This document shows, one piece after another, positions 16,834-31,288 of a stretch of DNA of 64,000 bases. Under the pieces are notes generated by a model that saw only the letters and a program-made list of their open reading frames with translations, was not told the origin of the DNA and made no database searches. A program made the translations under genes and the position numbers. The DNA comes from Octopus sinensis (Eukaryota): positions 173,600,001-173,664,000 of the forward strand of contig NC_042998.1 in NCBI RefSeq assembly GCF_006345805.1. Direction: 5' to 3'. The number at the start of each line of letters is the position of its first letter. Positions within the stretch are counted from its first letter, which is position 1.

Positions 16834-17429
16834 ATAGAGTAGAAAAGAAAGAATAATAAGAGAATGCAGGATGTTAGGATAGTTGTAGGTTGTTTAGCAG
16901 TGACCTAAAAGTACCTTGTGGATTATAGCAGCGATTGGGGCTGTTTTCTCACCTTCCCAAGCGTCAAACTAACACCTGCTTGTTGTTTGTACACCTGTCT
17001 TCGTCTTTCGTTTCTACGGTAAATTTCAAATATATATATATATATATATATATCAGTTATGTTTGATATAGATTGTGACATATTTTACAAGTTGTCACAT
17101 TATTATTATAAGCATTTAGGCTCACACCTCTAATGTAGAGGTGTGAGCATAAATCTGATGCTAGCACATCACGATTCTATGAGTCGTGGTTTATTACCAT
17201 GTCTGTATGTTTGTATGTTCTCGGCATTCCTTCGATAACTGACATTTTCCAGCGAGCCAATATATTAACTAGGATCGACATGTTTAATGAGTATGCCCCT
17301 CGAGTTCAAAGTTTACCACCGTCGTTTCGAGTACGCACATTTTTATCTGGTTGTAAGCATTGTTTTCATTTCGCCCTATTCTCGAGATCGTAATAATATG
17401 TCATTTTTATTTTTTAACTGGTGATCATG

Positions 17430-19530
17430 GACTCAAATTTTCTTGGTGTTTCTCTCGAAATTTCTGCGGTAAACACAATGACGACTTTTGAAGTAATCTG
17501 CCGTAGATAGCTTCAGCAGAATTAATTCTAGTTGCTGCAATTTTTTTAGTGTGATATAGTACATGTATTTTTAGCTGGTCATCTTACTGCACTGTTCGGT
17601 TCTCGATCTTCATGCCACTTTCACAATACCGTTGGAACGATCATAATTTAGACTGTGTGTTTCAACTTGCACGGGTCTGTACAACTGACATAATTCAGCG
17701 CTTGAACTCTGCTGGGCCTACTTTAGATATGCTAATGAGCTGTTGATCTTCGCGAATGTGATTATTTGGGGCAAGATTCCTATGAATCGCAAATAAGCTC
17801 TTATGTACAATGTAGTCTCGATATCAGCTTTAAAGGGAGTGAAGGCTGTTCATCGCCCAGGTCACGTTCTAGATGGTCTGCTACTTTGTCTTGCTTTGAT
17901 TGGTTTCGTAGTGCGGTCAAGTAGAACCTGTGTTCATGATCACTGCATTCATGCCAGATCACCTCTTACTTAGTGCTGTCCTCTCAAAAATTGGTCATGC
18001 TACTGCTCACCGTTTCGTATTTCTTTTATCTCGCTTCTCATATTCTTGAGAACGTGAACTTACCATGGTATAAATTTATGCCGTTTGTGTACAACAAACA
18101 TACCATACGATATGAGGGGCATTTACTGATGGTGATATAGTGCTGATTTGGTTGGGCCATCCCTGTAGAGTATAATTAAGGGTTAGATGAGGGTTAGCGT
18201 CACTAGTGGCGGCCGCGTGGATTTGTTGAAGCTATGCTGATGTTGCTGACCATGATGATATTATCACGTTCACGTAATCCTACGATACCTTCATCCAGTC
18301 TACCGATGTAATTCCGCGATAATACATCCACTACACGCTTTATATTATCAGGAGAGTTTCATCTACAATGCTGAATTTCAGAAATTGCAACAATGATAAT
18401 TGACATTTGATGCATTTGAGAGGTTTCTCTTGATGAGAAGCACTGGGGGCGTATGATGGATAAATAGTTTGAACTTTCACAGCCATTTCAAATAATATTC
18501 AATGTGGTCACAAAACCGAGTACTCTCTAAACGTTCATTTTCCCAACTGAATGTAATGATTCTCAGCCGTTGTCAGTTTTCTCAAAATATAGGATACTTG
18601 TTTCGGAAGTCGGTAAAGACCTTGGAATATAGAAACTTCAATATCGTAGCTACCTACGATTGTACACACGATAGTTTCTTTGGATACGTCAAAGTACGCA
18701 AGAACTGGGGTACTGATTACAAATATATTCATTTATTTATAACTTTGTTGCTGCTTAAAACCACATGTGCTATTCGAATGAGGAACAAATCGCCCCTGGT
18801 ATTGAATAATGTGAAATCGCTATACATTTTGTCGTGGGCTTTTGATTGTAGTATTAGCCAAATATATTCCTTCGTAGTTGAGGACCGAAGAACTTAAAAT
18901 TTTAGTCTCATTTAGTTTAAACCCTGTTTCAATGAGATTTTTCATGGATAATCTAAGTCGTTTGTTGTGTTTTTCTGTATTACATTAATACACGTCAAGG
19001 TCATCTTGGTGAATGCACATCCCACAAACTCCCTGAAGCATACATGGTATTTCACGCTGAAAGATCTCGGATGCGCTCAAGATTCCTAACATGCGTCGCG
19101 TGAAGCAATATCGGCATCTAAGCGTTATGAAAGTGATAACTTCGCACTGGTGAGCAGACTCCACCTACTTGAAGCGTCAAGGTTTGAAAGTGTGGTTGAA
19201 CCCGCTAGTTTAGGCAAAGTATCCTCGATGATCAATAAGGGTAACAGGTTTGGATGTTATGGTTCAGGCCTTTGAGGTCAATACAAATCCTCGAAAATAC
19301 CCACTTTTAACATTACGCTATGTTAACATTAGGTAGCACAAGGTGTTATAACTTGACACAGCACCGCATGACTAAATGTATTCAAATCTAAATTATTGAC
19401 TGTTGCATTTATTGTAAACAAGCCCACGCTTGACAGATGTGCAAGGAATGAAATAGTTCGAAATAAAGATAATCCTACAAAAGTATTTGAAAGTAGATAT
19501 TCAGGTTTAGAACTACGTTTGACCATGTAT
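17430..19530 (-). mobile_element. Highly decayed Ty3/Gypsy pol remnant (RT-RNaseH-integrase order)
   Basis: Hand translation about 19235-19050: IEDTLPKLAGSTTLSNLDASS...RYCFTR..GILSASEIFQRE (RT). ORF 18535-18732: STPVLAYFDVSKETIV...RKLTTAENHYIQ (RNase H). VVDVLSR near 18320. Confidence 0.8.
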
Positions 19531-21689
19531 CTGCTTAATCAAAGGCCAACATCGGGTTAAACACTACTAACAAACTGCCAATCCATCATTAATTCGTTCT
19601 TCTCAACAGTGTTATGTATCTCTTTCTTTCTAATAATATATATTTATATCTTATTTCTTCGCCTCTTATATATCTTCTTTTGTGTGTGTCTTTTGATAAG
19701 TCTCTCAGTTTTATATCATTAGATCAGGTTTTATGTTCTTTATTGTATTCTTACTGCTTTATTCCTTTCCCTTTCTCATTTTCTGATTTCGTCTCATATG
19801 ATTTCTCACTTTAGCTCTAAGACTTCTCCAATTTCAGTATATACTTCACGACGGCTGTAAGAAGATAAACTGCAATCACTTAAAATAACTTTAACTTGAG
19901 AGATCATTTGAAGAGATTCACACACTAATTTATCTTGTTTGTTTAAATTATCTCTCATATCCTAACATCTCGTATTCGAAGTCATTTTATTCATGCAAAG
20001 GTATTTACCTTATTTATGGTAAGTACTCACATGATTTTAAAGCTTATCAAATTTACTCCATTGCATTCATCGAAGTATGTATTCGTTTGTCACCAGTTCC
20101 TTGTTATTTATATATTATTTAACAATAATACTGTTGCTGATATCAAGTAGTGTTCGATATAACTAAATCCGTTAATAATTCACGAACGACATTTAATCTT
20201 TTGTTTGTTCGTTTGACATATGTAATATATTGTTCTATTAGTATTAGGCCTTTAGCAGTGGAGTAATGTTCATAATGTTTATGGCTGAAGGAAACGGAGA
20301 CAGAGACACGATATGTTGATTTTGATACTTTTACAGTAATATTTTACGTTCCAAACTACTTATAGCACCGTATGTTCAAATCACACGACAGAACCTTCGT
20401 AGTGATTTTATATTTTGTATTGACATAATTAGCATACATCTCGTCGCACACGTCTCAAAACAAGGCATATGAGTTTTATCTCCACCCCTACATATACAAT
20501 ATTACAAGCTTTATACTCTGACAGTGTGACCTGTAAACTCTCACCTCCATGTAAATCAATGTTATATTTTCGCAAAGGGAAGATAACTCGCCTATAGAAC
20601 AGGGTTTGCAAGTATGTGACATTCATGGTTTAATAAAGTGTATTATGGTGGATTTGACCTTATTTCAGGGACTGAATTCCTATTGTGGAATAAAGGTGCG
20701 ATGGCAATATATTAGCCTATTTACTGAATTAATAATAATAAAAACCGGGGTCTTTTAGTGTATACCTGATACATAATATTTGATTCTTGTAGACGCTAGC
20801 CATTGTTTCAGATAAAATGGTATCCCTCACACCGTTGCATCCAGAATTAAAACATCTTGCAAATTTTCTATACATACATTAACGTTTTAAAATTTGTGCG
20901 TCTCAGTTCAGTTTTTTTATTCATTTCTCGGCAAGTAACAAATGATAAAGGAAATGAGATGTTATGCAGAATCACGAGTGATATCTCACCGATATTCGTG
21001 CCATATATTTCGCCCTTCAAAAATTTGAAGAACATGGCATTGACGAATAGCTGTTAAATATTACGTTTCAACAATCATACAAGGTTGTGAGTCAATACCC
21101 GAGGATGGGGTCGTTTCCTTGAGCAAGGCACTTTATTTCATGCTTCTATAGTCAGCTAGCAAAAATGAGTTGTGCTTGTATAAGGTAGTCCCAAAAGTTC
21201 GTAGAAAGTCTTGGAAAATAATGGTCTTTATTTTGAGGAAATAATTTTTGTTGTTTTTGTTAGTACTTGGCGAGTAAAAATTCAATTTTCGCTAGTGTTT
21301 ACGAACTTTTGGGAAAACCTAATATTTCATTAAATGGACAGCCTTGTCAAATTCTGTACTACACTGAATCTCCTCAAGTTTCTTTCCGATTTTCTTTCGC
21401 TCCTCCAATAAAGTATACCTCTCGGATTAAGTTAATCCTCGTAACAACAACTCAAGCACTGTCGAACGACTAATCTCTTTCGTCTCATGACCTATTCTGC
21501 TATTTTGCTTCCAACTAGATCTGATATTAACCCATACTTTCCTCTTATATCTTCCCAGAATCTCAACCGTCTGCTTATGTCTTTCCTGTAGACATCAGAA
21601 AGACACCGGCTGCAGGTCTTATCTCCAGACCAAACTGATATTAATGATTTCAGATTTCCGAACAAACAAGGTCAGTAATTTTATAAAAA

Positions 21690-22078
21690 GGTTAAGTCGA
21701 ATTATTGACCCCACTGCTCCGCTGCGGCTTATTTTATCGAAGCCCAAAGAATGAAATGTAACAGCAACTTCGGCGGGATTTGAATTCAGAACGTAAAGAC
21801 AAACGAAATGTCGCTAAGTATTTTGTCCGTCGTGCTAACGTTTCTGCTGTTTCGCTGCATTGGACTAAACAAATAAAAATGGTTTTAAACTAGAGTACAA
21901 AGCCAGCAAAGTATAAGTCGATTCCATCGACCCCAATGCTCAAATGTTACGTCATAGATCCCGAAAGGAGGAAAGGAAAAGTCGACCTCAGTGGAATTTG
22001 AAATCAGAAAATAAAGATGGACAAATGCCGCTAAAGCATTTTATCTCGTGCGATAACGATTTCGCCGGCTCGCCGCCT
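21690..22078 (-). mobile_element. Two tandem degenerate SINE family A copies
   Basis: Reverse-complement matches to 2308-2523. Confidence 0.7.
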
Positions 22079-22116
22079 TAACTACACAAATAGTGATAAA
22101 GTTGTACCCCTCCAAG

Positions 22117-22900
22117 TACAAAGGATGGTTGAGAAGTAGGGAATGCTGACCAAGATATCCTCATGGAATGTGACAATATGAAGTACATTTTTCAGCATTG
22201 CCCCGTTGAAGTCCATTCACTTATTCTGTCGGTGTTGCAGAGCTGGGATTCCGTTGGTGAAAAAGCGTTCACCCTACTGTTCACAAATGTTATCAACAGC
22301 GGATATGACGTCATCAACACATCGATAGTGGTTCCTAGCCAAATGTCTTTTCATGTTGGAGTGCAGATAATAGAGAGATAAGGCAGATCGAGACAATAGG
22401 GAGGTGACCAACCAGTTCAAAGCCACAGTCGCCTACAACAGCCTTTGAAACCAAGAACTTGTGTACGGGGAGATTGTCCTGATTAAACAAAACCCCTTTT
22501 ATCAATTTTAATGAGCTTTTCGTCTTGATAGCCTCAATAAGCTGGCACAGTACTTTTCGTTGATGGCTTTGAAAATAGTCAATAAACCCTATGCGTTTTG
22601 CATCCGAAAAAACTGCGCCATTATCTTCCCTGCACATGGAAGGACCTTGGCCTACTATGGAGCTAGTATGGGGCGGGGTGTCTCCACTGAATTGATTGTC
22701 TATTTGTCATTGCGGGTTAAAACACGATGCTAAATTTTGTAAATTGCTAAGTGAAGTCACTGCTATTTACATTTCATGTCAGTTTACCTGGAAATAAGCA
22801 ATACATTCATTAATAAGAAGCGTTGAAATTAATGCAAGCAAGATTTCACAGCTCTAGCATCGCTCCTTCATAGTCGCCTATGTATTTTTCAGCCTGCCTT
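22117..22900 (-). mobile_element. Decayed mariner transposon
   Basis: ORF 22335-22637: IGFIDYFQ...KGVLFNQDNLPVHK...DCGFELVGH resembles the mariner HDNAPxH catalytic region. Confidence 0.75.
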
Positions 22901-23759
22901 CTTGTTTGAAGTACAAGCTAGAGACAGCCCAGGTCAGTGGTATCCAATTTACAATATGTTGCAGTATAGTTCTGAAATGCTCACGGAGTTAAAATTTTTG
23001 AAATATCACATAAAATATGAAGTGCTCAGATTACATCATAAAACATAGCCAAAATCCTATAGAATTTATATTTATTGCAAACGAAAACTAAGAGACATCT
23101 CCAATAATTCAAAAAGAAAATTAGCAAATGTTAAATTTGGGGAAATTGCCTTTATTTAAATACTCAATCAAAATCAGCGAGAATTATTAATTTGGAGAAT
23201 AGTGGTCTTGTTTTCTTTTTCACACTGTTATTAGAAGTTTGCGATTATAGACATTGCCAGAACGGATTAGACATTTAATTGAAATGTTACCAATCCTACC
23301 CAATCCCAAAAAAAGAACAAGAAATCTCACTTTGCTCCTGAATAATTAATAACTAATATAGAGTTTATGTAGTGACCGTTATGAAGCAAAAGTAAGATCC
23401 ACACAGGCCAAGCATATGTATGAAGTCTGCTATTAGTTTTTCGTTTCTTCACTTCACTTAACACAGTAATGTAGTTTGGAAAAGCATGAAAATCATATTA
23501 ACGGATTCTTTTGTTTTAATAAAATTTGTGGCTTTGCCCATTATCAATGTTTAATTCTTAGGACTAATGAAAGAAAATGGTTATAAGAAAAAGTAAATAT
23601 GATATATGTGTCATGAATAATATATTTGCTCGTAAAAAACGAGCTAAAGTACACATAAGTAATTCAATATTCCACTATTAAGGAGGCGAGCTAGCAGTAT
23701 CGTTAGCACGATATTCCATGTTTAGCCCATTCATCTTGAAATTCAAATATTTTAACTCT

Positions 23760-24098
23760 TTCTCCTTTATCTCGTTTACTTGTTTTAATCATTTGACTGC
23801 AGCTATGCATTGAGAGATATTTTAATCGAACAAATTAACTCTTGTACTAATTTTGTAAGGTCTGGAACTTATTCTACCGGGCACCTTTGCCGAAGTGCTA
23901 AGATACAGTAACGTAAACTACATATATGCTGTGTATTTGCTTAGGCTACTACAGTTTCCATCTACTAATTTTCACTGACAAAGCATTGGTCGTCTCCTGG
24001 CTATTGTAGATGACAATTGCCTACGAGCCACAAGTGTGAATGGAAGTGAAACAAAATAATTACAAATGAGCTTCCTCACCACATAGCCATACCTGCAC
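23760..24098 (-). mobile_element. Old SINE family C copy
   Basis: Degenerate colinear match to 13026-13429. Confidence 0.6.
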
Positions 24099-25175
24099 CC
24101 ACAATCATTTATCTTTTATTAAACATTATCCTTACCCACTTAAATTGCTAATTGAAGAAATAATACATATAATTTTCAGAAATCAATAGAATTCTTGATG
24201 TTGAATGCATTATGATAAGAAACCATTTATAATATGAATAAATATTTCAACAACGGCAGCCCTAAGCATAAAAGTGAGTCTTTATAATCAAATTAATGCT
24301 AACTGATAATTTTAGAATAACTCGTTTATTGCCAGTATTATTATTTATGATTATTTTTTATGATATGTAATAATAATGTTTTGGTTTTAAATGGTTTTAT
24401 TACTGTTACATCCAACTAGACTTAAATCTGGATTATCAGGTAAACAACCGAACTGTTTGAAGGAGTTAATAATTCAGATCTTAGTACCTGTCAAAGATTG
24501 GTGTTTGTGGTCCAATCTTCTAATTATTAAATACCCATGTTTAGCAATTATTTTAATGGTTCGCGGTATTTGCTTCAAAACATGCAGTGTAATTACGTCT
24601 AGAATAAAAGCGTCTAGAGAGCGCGCTCTCGATTTAATAATCCTAAACTTCTTAACGTTGATATAAAAAAAACCCTTGCTCATGTTATTAGAATAACTTC
24701 GTACAACCATGATTATTATGAGTCAAAGTCATTACCTACGCACTAGGCTCCACGTTTTCATTGTAGAGTTAATAAGTTCTGAAATAAACTTGCCAAAATT
24801 TAAAGTCAGTAACATGGTGTTCGCCTTGGTTATTTAATCGTAGTGCAAAACACTATTCATGATTTCAAATCTCATATTGGATTCAATTAAATATCTACTT
24901 CTAATATATTGGTAGATTCAAATGACAAGATTCTACCAACAGTTTTCTATACAGTGACTACAGTTGAGAATATTTGCTCTATACAATATCGGATAAAGAA
25001 AAGATATATTTTATGTTGATTCTTTCTGAAAAAAATCACTACCGTTAATATAATAATTTGCAACTGTCAGACACAGTTAACCCAACGCTTTTGAAGATAT
25101 CACGACATGATATATAGAACTCATTATTTGTCGCATATTTTAGTGTCAGAATTTCTTGTTATAATACTGTGATGA

Positions 25176-25234
<59 letters not shown>

Positions 25235-27293
25235 TTCATCACAGTATTGACGAGGAACCTCATTTAAATTGTAAACTCAAGATATGTATTAGCAGTAAAC
25301 ACTGCTGGTACATATCTTGCAAAAAAATAAATAACTAAAATAAAAAGGACATCAATGTATATTCGCAACCAATGTAATGGAGACGTAAAGCACCTAGAGT
25401 GTCAGACAATATGCTCTGCAGTATTTATTTATATTTTTTATCTTCTGAATTAGAATCATGTCAACTTTCTAGTTCATCTTCCCGGACTCGATAAAATTGC
25501 ACCACTTAACCTAATCATGTGAATATTATCTTTTATAGAACCACCATGAAAATATTCCTTTTGCCTTTTATTGAAACCGCGACTAAGATAAAGTATCAAG
25601 GCTCACCATTGAAAGAGGGATTTCAAATCACGCCAAGTCAGGAATTTTCTTTCTAAAGCTAATATCGTTCAAATATGCACTATAAATATTCAGGAGGTCG
25701 AAGAAATGACTGCTATTCTACTCAATCAAAATACAAATTCAAGTTAATCTACTTTTATCCGAACTGTTCTGATCATCTTTTAAGCAGTTATCGTCGTTCC
25801 TGTTTAGGTATAGACGAAACCTTATCTAGCACACCTATAATCAACGGTATTTCAACCATGATCCACTCTTTCGGTCTTTTTAGAGTGTGCCTTAAATTAT
25901 ATAATCCAGTGAGTCACCTGTTTATTAAAGGAGGTGGCGAGTTATTTGAATGTGAATTTTACTACAGTTTATAGGAAATCAATCAGCCATGTAAATCATA
26001 TCAATGGCTCATATAATCCAGCAAATAGTACAGAACGGTGAAGAGCACCTAGTTATCTGAGTCCGTGTTGTAATTTCGACTTGCTTTACAGGGTCTCTTC
26101 CCGTTGTTTCGTCGAAAAGTGGTGTCAAAAACACTTCCAAATGAAAAAATGCTACATTTAAAGAATGCGGAACATTTTCACCCCAAAACTTGTCAACTTC
26201 ATTTCTTTAATCGGAAAGAATTATTTAATCTTAATTGCTAATCTTTAGTTTTTAATCAATTCTTCACTTCAAGTTAGTTATTATTAAACTTGGTTCGTTA
26301 GTGCACTTGTGCATTATCTTGTATAAAGCATCACCAAGAAGTCAGTTGGAATTAATTGAACTCAAGATAGTTTAATTAATTACAGGTATGCAGACTATGT
26401 CATTAATGTTCGAAACTAATATATATGTCTCTATATTATTTCTTCATTGGTAATGTTTGTTATTTTAATTGAAGTCATCAATAACAACATAGATGTGTGG
26501 TTAAATTACAATTTCAATTATCTTTCTAAGAAGCAACAGTAAACTCTTAGTTAAATAAACTCTAACATTTTAATTCTTGGGCAGTGGTGGTTGGTAGAAT
26601 CGTTAAGGCAATGGAGAAACTGTATAACAGTATCTACTTATGGTCTGGTTTCAACGTTTCCTTTCTTGAATTTCAAGTGCATCTATGTGAGTACCAGTCA
26701 AATACTAATGGAGAAAGCTCTACTTAACTGTTCCCACCGCAAAATTTAGAATGTAATCACTTCAGGAGGGAAAATAGAAAGGAATCACTCATGACTTTTT
26801 TCAGGGCTATCAGAATTGGTAAATGCAAAGGAGTAAATTGTCTTCAGACAAGAGATCTGGTTTCAATCTTGGAAAAGAGTGGCATCCATTACAGACGCAT
26901 AAAACCAAATGTTGGTGATAGTGCTGTTAAAATGAGCGAAAGATGGAGTACATTCTCTGAGAATAGGATGATTTCTCTGAAGCGCTTACACGTGAATTCA
27001 GTTAACCAGACCTTATTTTTAATGGTTTGGTCATGCAGAAGCTATAGTAAAACTTTATCACCCAATGTTTCATGTGTAATTATCGAAAATTCATGATCAC
27101 ACAACTTGAAATTTTTCTACTTTTATTGACTTTTTGCTGTATTCTTTTTTTTTCTAGTTCCCTAGGATCAATAAAATAAGAACCAGTAATATGAGTCGAT
27201 TGAAAAGATCATCATAACCAATTTTATTTTGGTGACTTAGCACAAAAAGATGTAATTAGTAAATGTCTATCTTCCTTTTAATTTCTAATTCAA

Positions 27294-27336
<43 letters not shown>

Positions 27337-28685
27337 CATTTTTTATCTGTCTACACCTGCTGAATCGGGTACCGCTTCTATCCAGCTTAGATAGACAATT
27401 TCAACACTTCATTTCCATTTGCACTTCAAGCCGGAGTTTTAGCGGTAAACCTACCTGAGCCCTTATTGTGCACAACTATTAATATATGTCAATCGGCGTA
27501 TACTCCTTGCATTTCCTCTATCTCACGCGTTTAGACACTGAACATTTATACACAATAGGGAAAGCAATTCCTAAACATATCCCTCATAGATATACTAAGA
27601 TAATTATTTTGATGCTTTGTTTATACTTCATTTGTACTTTTTATTATGAAGTCCAACTTCAATCTATTTACACCTGCTGAATTTGGTTTCGCTTCTAGCC
27701 GCCTTGAATAGGCAAATTCAACGCCTTATTTCCATTTGTGTGAGCTTGAAGTGCAAATGGAAATGAGTTGTTGAAATTGCTTATCCAAGAATAATTACGT
27801 ATAAAACATGCTCACATCAACTTAACAATTTCTGGTTTAAGTTATATCTTTCGAGAATTTTGTTCCCATAAAAAATTTATCGCTTTGTGCACGTTGGCTT
27901 ATAATCAATTGTCGACCTTATTTCATATTACATTTTAATATACCATTTTCTCCATTGTGCACTTAAAATCCTTCTAAAAGGATTATCGGCGCACCTGCAA
28001 AGTTTCAGCACGAAAATGAAGAGACATAACTAATTATTTTACATATTTTCTTTCCAGCTCTTATATGACTCAGTTATCTCTCATGCTTTCTATCTTTACT
28101 AAAATCTTATCCCGAAATATTAATGTATTCATATAGCAGATTCATTACAATCATTTCACCAAAATGTAATGTTTACTTTGGAAATTATGATAACTGTGTT
28201 TTATACTCTTTAAATATAATTATAAATGAGTTTCACATAACTTGAATAATTTTACGATAATTTCTAAATTTATGTAGAACCCAGTGTAGCAATGAGATGC
28301 TTTCAGGATTAATATAAATGAAAAGCTGTAATATATTTTGGTGAAATTATTGCTCCGACATAGGTATGCTTCATTTTTAAAGTTCTTCTATATAATTGTA
28401 TCATAAATTTTCTTTGAGCAGCCATTCTCCTTATTATAATAACGTATCTATTGAGCACACTATATTAACTAATATCCTTTGCTAATATAGCACAAATTAT
28501 TTACCTATCCAGAATTTAACCAAGACATGATATCATGCAATGAGTTTTAATATACAGTTTCTATAATTAATTGCAACATAAAGTTTAATCAACCTCAAGA
28601 ATGCTACCCATTTTATATTGTTGGAATTTATTAGAGATTTAACATGAATCAACTAACCGGATTGTGAAATTTTACACTTTGTCTT

Positions 28686-28703
28686 CTAATTTTTCTTTTT
28701 CAG
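28686..28703 (+). promoter_or_regulatory. Branch point/polypyrimidine tract/3' splice acceptor upstream of the GPCR exon
   Basis: ctaat-ttttcttttt-cag|G, 40 nt upstream of the ATG. Confidence 0.65.
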
Positions 28704-28743
28704 GATCCTCTTGAAGAAACCATCAAATAACAGCAGTGTTACA

Positions 28744-29859
28744 ATGGCGTACTCAAACAACACTAACTATCAGCAATTTATTTACCAGAGAGATCCACTT
28801 AGAGAGGCTTTAGAGCTTTATGGCACGCCGACAGTTATAGCTTTCGGCGTGTTTGGTAACATTTGGGCAATTTTAACGTTCTATTACACTAGTATTAAAC
28901 GAATTCCAGCTACACATTCTATGATGGCGTTAGCAGTTGTTGATAATGGTGTCCTCATTACCATATTATTGATGACTTGGCTTCCGAGACAGAGAATTGA
29001 CATATACAACAAATATGGCTGGTGTCAAATAATAATTCTGTGTAACTTCGTTAGTATATTCCTATCGCCATGGTATCTAGTCTGCTTACTTATAGAACGA
29101 TATCTTGATTTGGTTCACCCCTCTTCCCAATGGCGAATAAAAACAACATTTCGTGCACGCCTGATTTCAATTGGACTGGCGATTTTAGCACTTGCCTTTT
29201 ATTTGCACATTGCATGGATATTTGGCGTAGATGAACAACGTAACCTATGTGGTTTGTGGCCAGGTAGCGCGAATTATTATCATAAATTGAATATTATTGA
29301 CACTATCATTGTTGTTTTACTTCCGACCATTTGTTTTGTCGTTCTTTTATTTCGACTTCTTTTGTACATGTGGTACGACTGCCAAACTCGTCGCTCTCTA
29401 AGATGTCTCCAGCCAAATTTACGACAAAATGCCAACACAACCACGATTGTTACCAATTATAAACCAAATACAGTGATTAATAATCCAACAAATGAAAGGA
29501 TCTGCCCCACTGACATGGGGTTTGATTTAACGACTATGGTAACAACTATAACATTTGCTACAATAGTGCTGACTTTATTAAATAATGCCAGCAGAGTTGC
29601 AATGACATTTGGTAACCGACGATTCACAAAGATTATTTCATACTTTAGCATTGTTAATAATCTAAATTATGCTTGTCGTTTCTATATTTATTTTATTGTG
29701 TCCCCAACTTTTCGTTATCATCTTCGTGAATTACTTCTTAAGACATGCAAATGTATCATTGTCGATTTCTGTCGTCCACGAACGACTGAACAAGATATTC
29801 CAGCTCAAAACATTTCTAACAATGAAATGCAAACAATTCCGAATGACACACAAAATTAA
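28744..29859 (+). CDS. Class A (rhodopsin-like) 7TM GPCR, FMRFamide/sex-peptide-receptor-like orphan group; coding region uninterrupted in this exon
   Basis: Only long non-repetitive ORF (371 aa from ATG 28744, context acaATGg). Seven hydrophobic segments with TM1 FGVFGN, TM2 LAVVD, Cys at top of TM3 and in ECL2, TM3 IERY, TM5 LLP, TM7 NYACRFYIY, helix 8 SPTFR, N-terminal NNT sequon. Polypyrimidine tract + cag acceptor at 28703; AATAAA signals downstream. Confidence 0.93.
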   Translation: MAYSNNTNYQQFIYQRDPLREALELYGTPTVIAFGVFGNIWAILTFYYTSIKRIPATHSMMALAVVDNGVLITILLMTWLPRQRIDIYNKYGWCQIIILCNFVSIFLSPWYLVCLLIERYLDLVHPSSQWRIKTTFRARLISIGLAILALAFYLHIAWIFGVDEQRNLCGLWPGSANYYHKLNIIDTIIVVLLPTICFVVLLFRLLLYMWYDCQTRRSLRCLQPNLRQNANTTTIVTNYKPNTVINNPTNERICPTDMGFDLTTMVTTITFATIVLTLLNNASRVAMTFGNRRFTKIISYFSIVNNLNYACRFYIYFIVSPTFRYHLRELLLKTCKCIIVDFCRPRTTEQDIPAQNISNNEMQTIPNDTQN

Positions 29860-31109
29860 GTTTCAACTAAATTGAAATAAATTTGTAATATTGATTTGGC
29901 TTTTGTTGAAAATGGCAGTGCATAGCAAAAGATACTCTTTTTAAAGTTTTATGTGGCTTTCAATTATAATAAATATAATATCCATTCTTAAACTACGTTT
30001 CTCGAATCATTCAAATAAGCGAATTTTGTATGTTTATTCTGAAAAATAACATGAGGTTTTCTTTTCATGAAAATTAGTGCTATATTATTGGCTTTTTTCA
30101 TATTCACCTATTTTAATTTAATTTAATTTTCAATAAAAAATTATATTTTAGATAAACAAGACAGGGTTTAAACCTGAACTTCCTCAATCTAAAGTCCTCG
30201 ATATTTTCGCTGCACCTGATATTTTATAAGAAATTGTTACATCTCTAAGTATAGCAATTCAAATTCGCTGAGGAAACATCAATTAAGGTTTTATGTTTTA
30301 TTTCTTTTTATAAATCAAATTTAATTAATATCCGTTCATTAATATGCTATGAATGTAATACGTATGAAGCAAATTATGAGTTATGACTTAATTAAATTGA
30401 CTTATTAAATATAGCACAAATAAATATCAAACAAAATAAGTCTAAGTCGTAATATCAATGCTTCTGCAGCTAAATGTGTATATATTATATCACAGAATAT
30501 TCTAGGGGATGACATTAAAATTCTCTATAGCTTTTATCAAAGTAATAAGAGAAGAGATTTTGTCCAAACAGTTCAATCTGTCTTGAAAAGCCATTTCTTT
30601 TTTTGTATATCGAAAATCTTCAAATATTCTTGAGAAATTTCCATGAAACGTCTATATATTCATGTTAACTTGTTTTCATATGAGATCTCAAAAGATGTGT
30701 CTGTAAATAAATATATATATATTATTGAGATGTGACAATTCTGTAAAATTGTATTTCTTCGTCTTTTCAATAAATTCAGTATCCGTTTAAAATTCGAATT
30801 TATGTGGTTCAATTTTTTTATGTTCGTTTATATATAACATCCCATGTCCATATAAGTATCTATTTTTGTTACCGAATTTATGCAATTTCTCTACGTTACA
30901 AAGAAAACTATAGATAAAAATCGCTTGGCCTCAAAGCGACTTCTATGCAAAACCCACACGTGCGCGCACACACATGCACATACGCGCGCTCACAAATAGA
31001 CACACATATATATACATACAAATACTTACATACATATATATATACATACATACTAATTGACACATACATAGATGTACATACATACAAATACGCACATAAA
31101 TAGATATAC

Positions 31110-31288
<179 letters not shown>

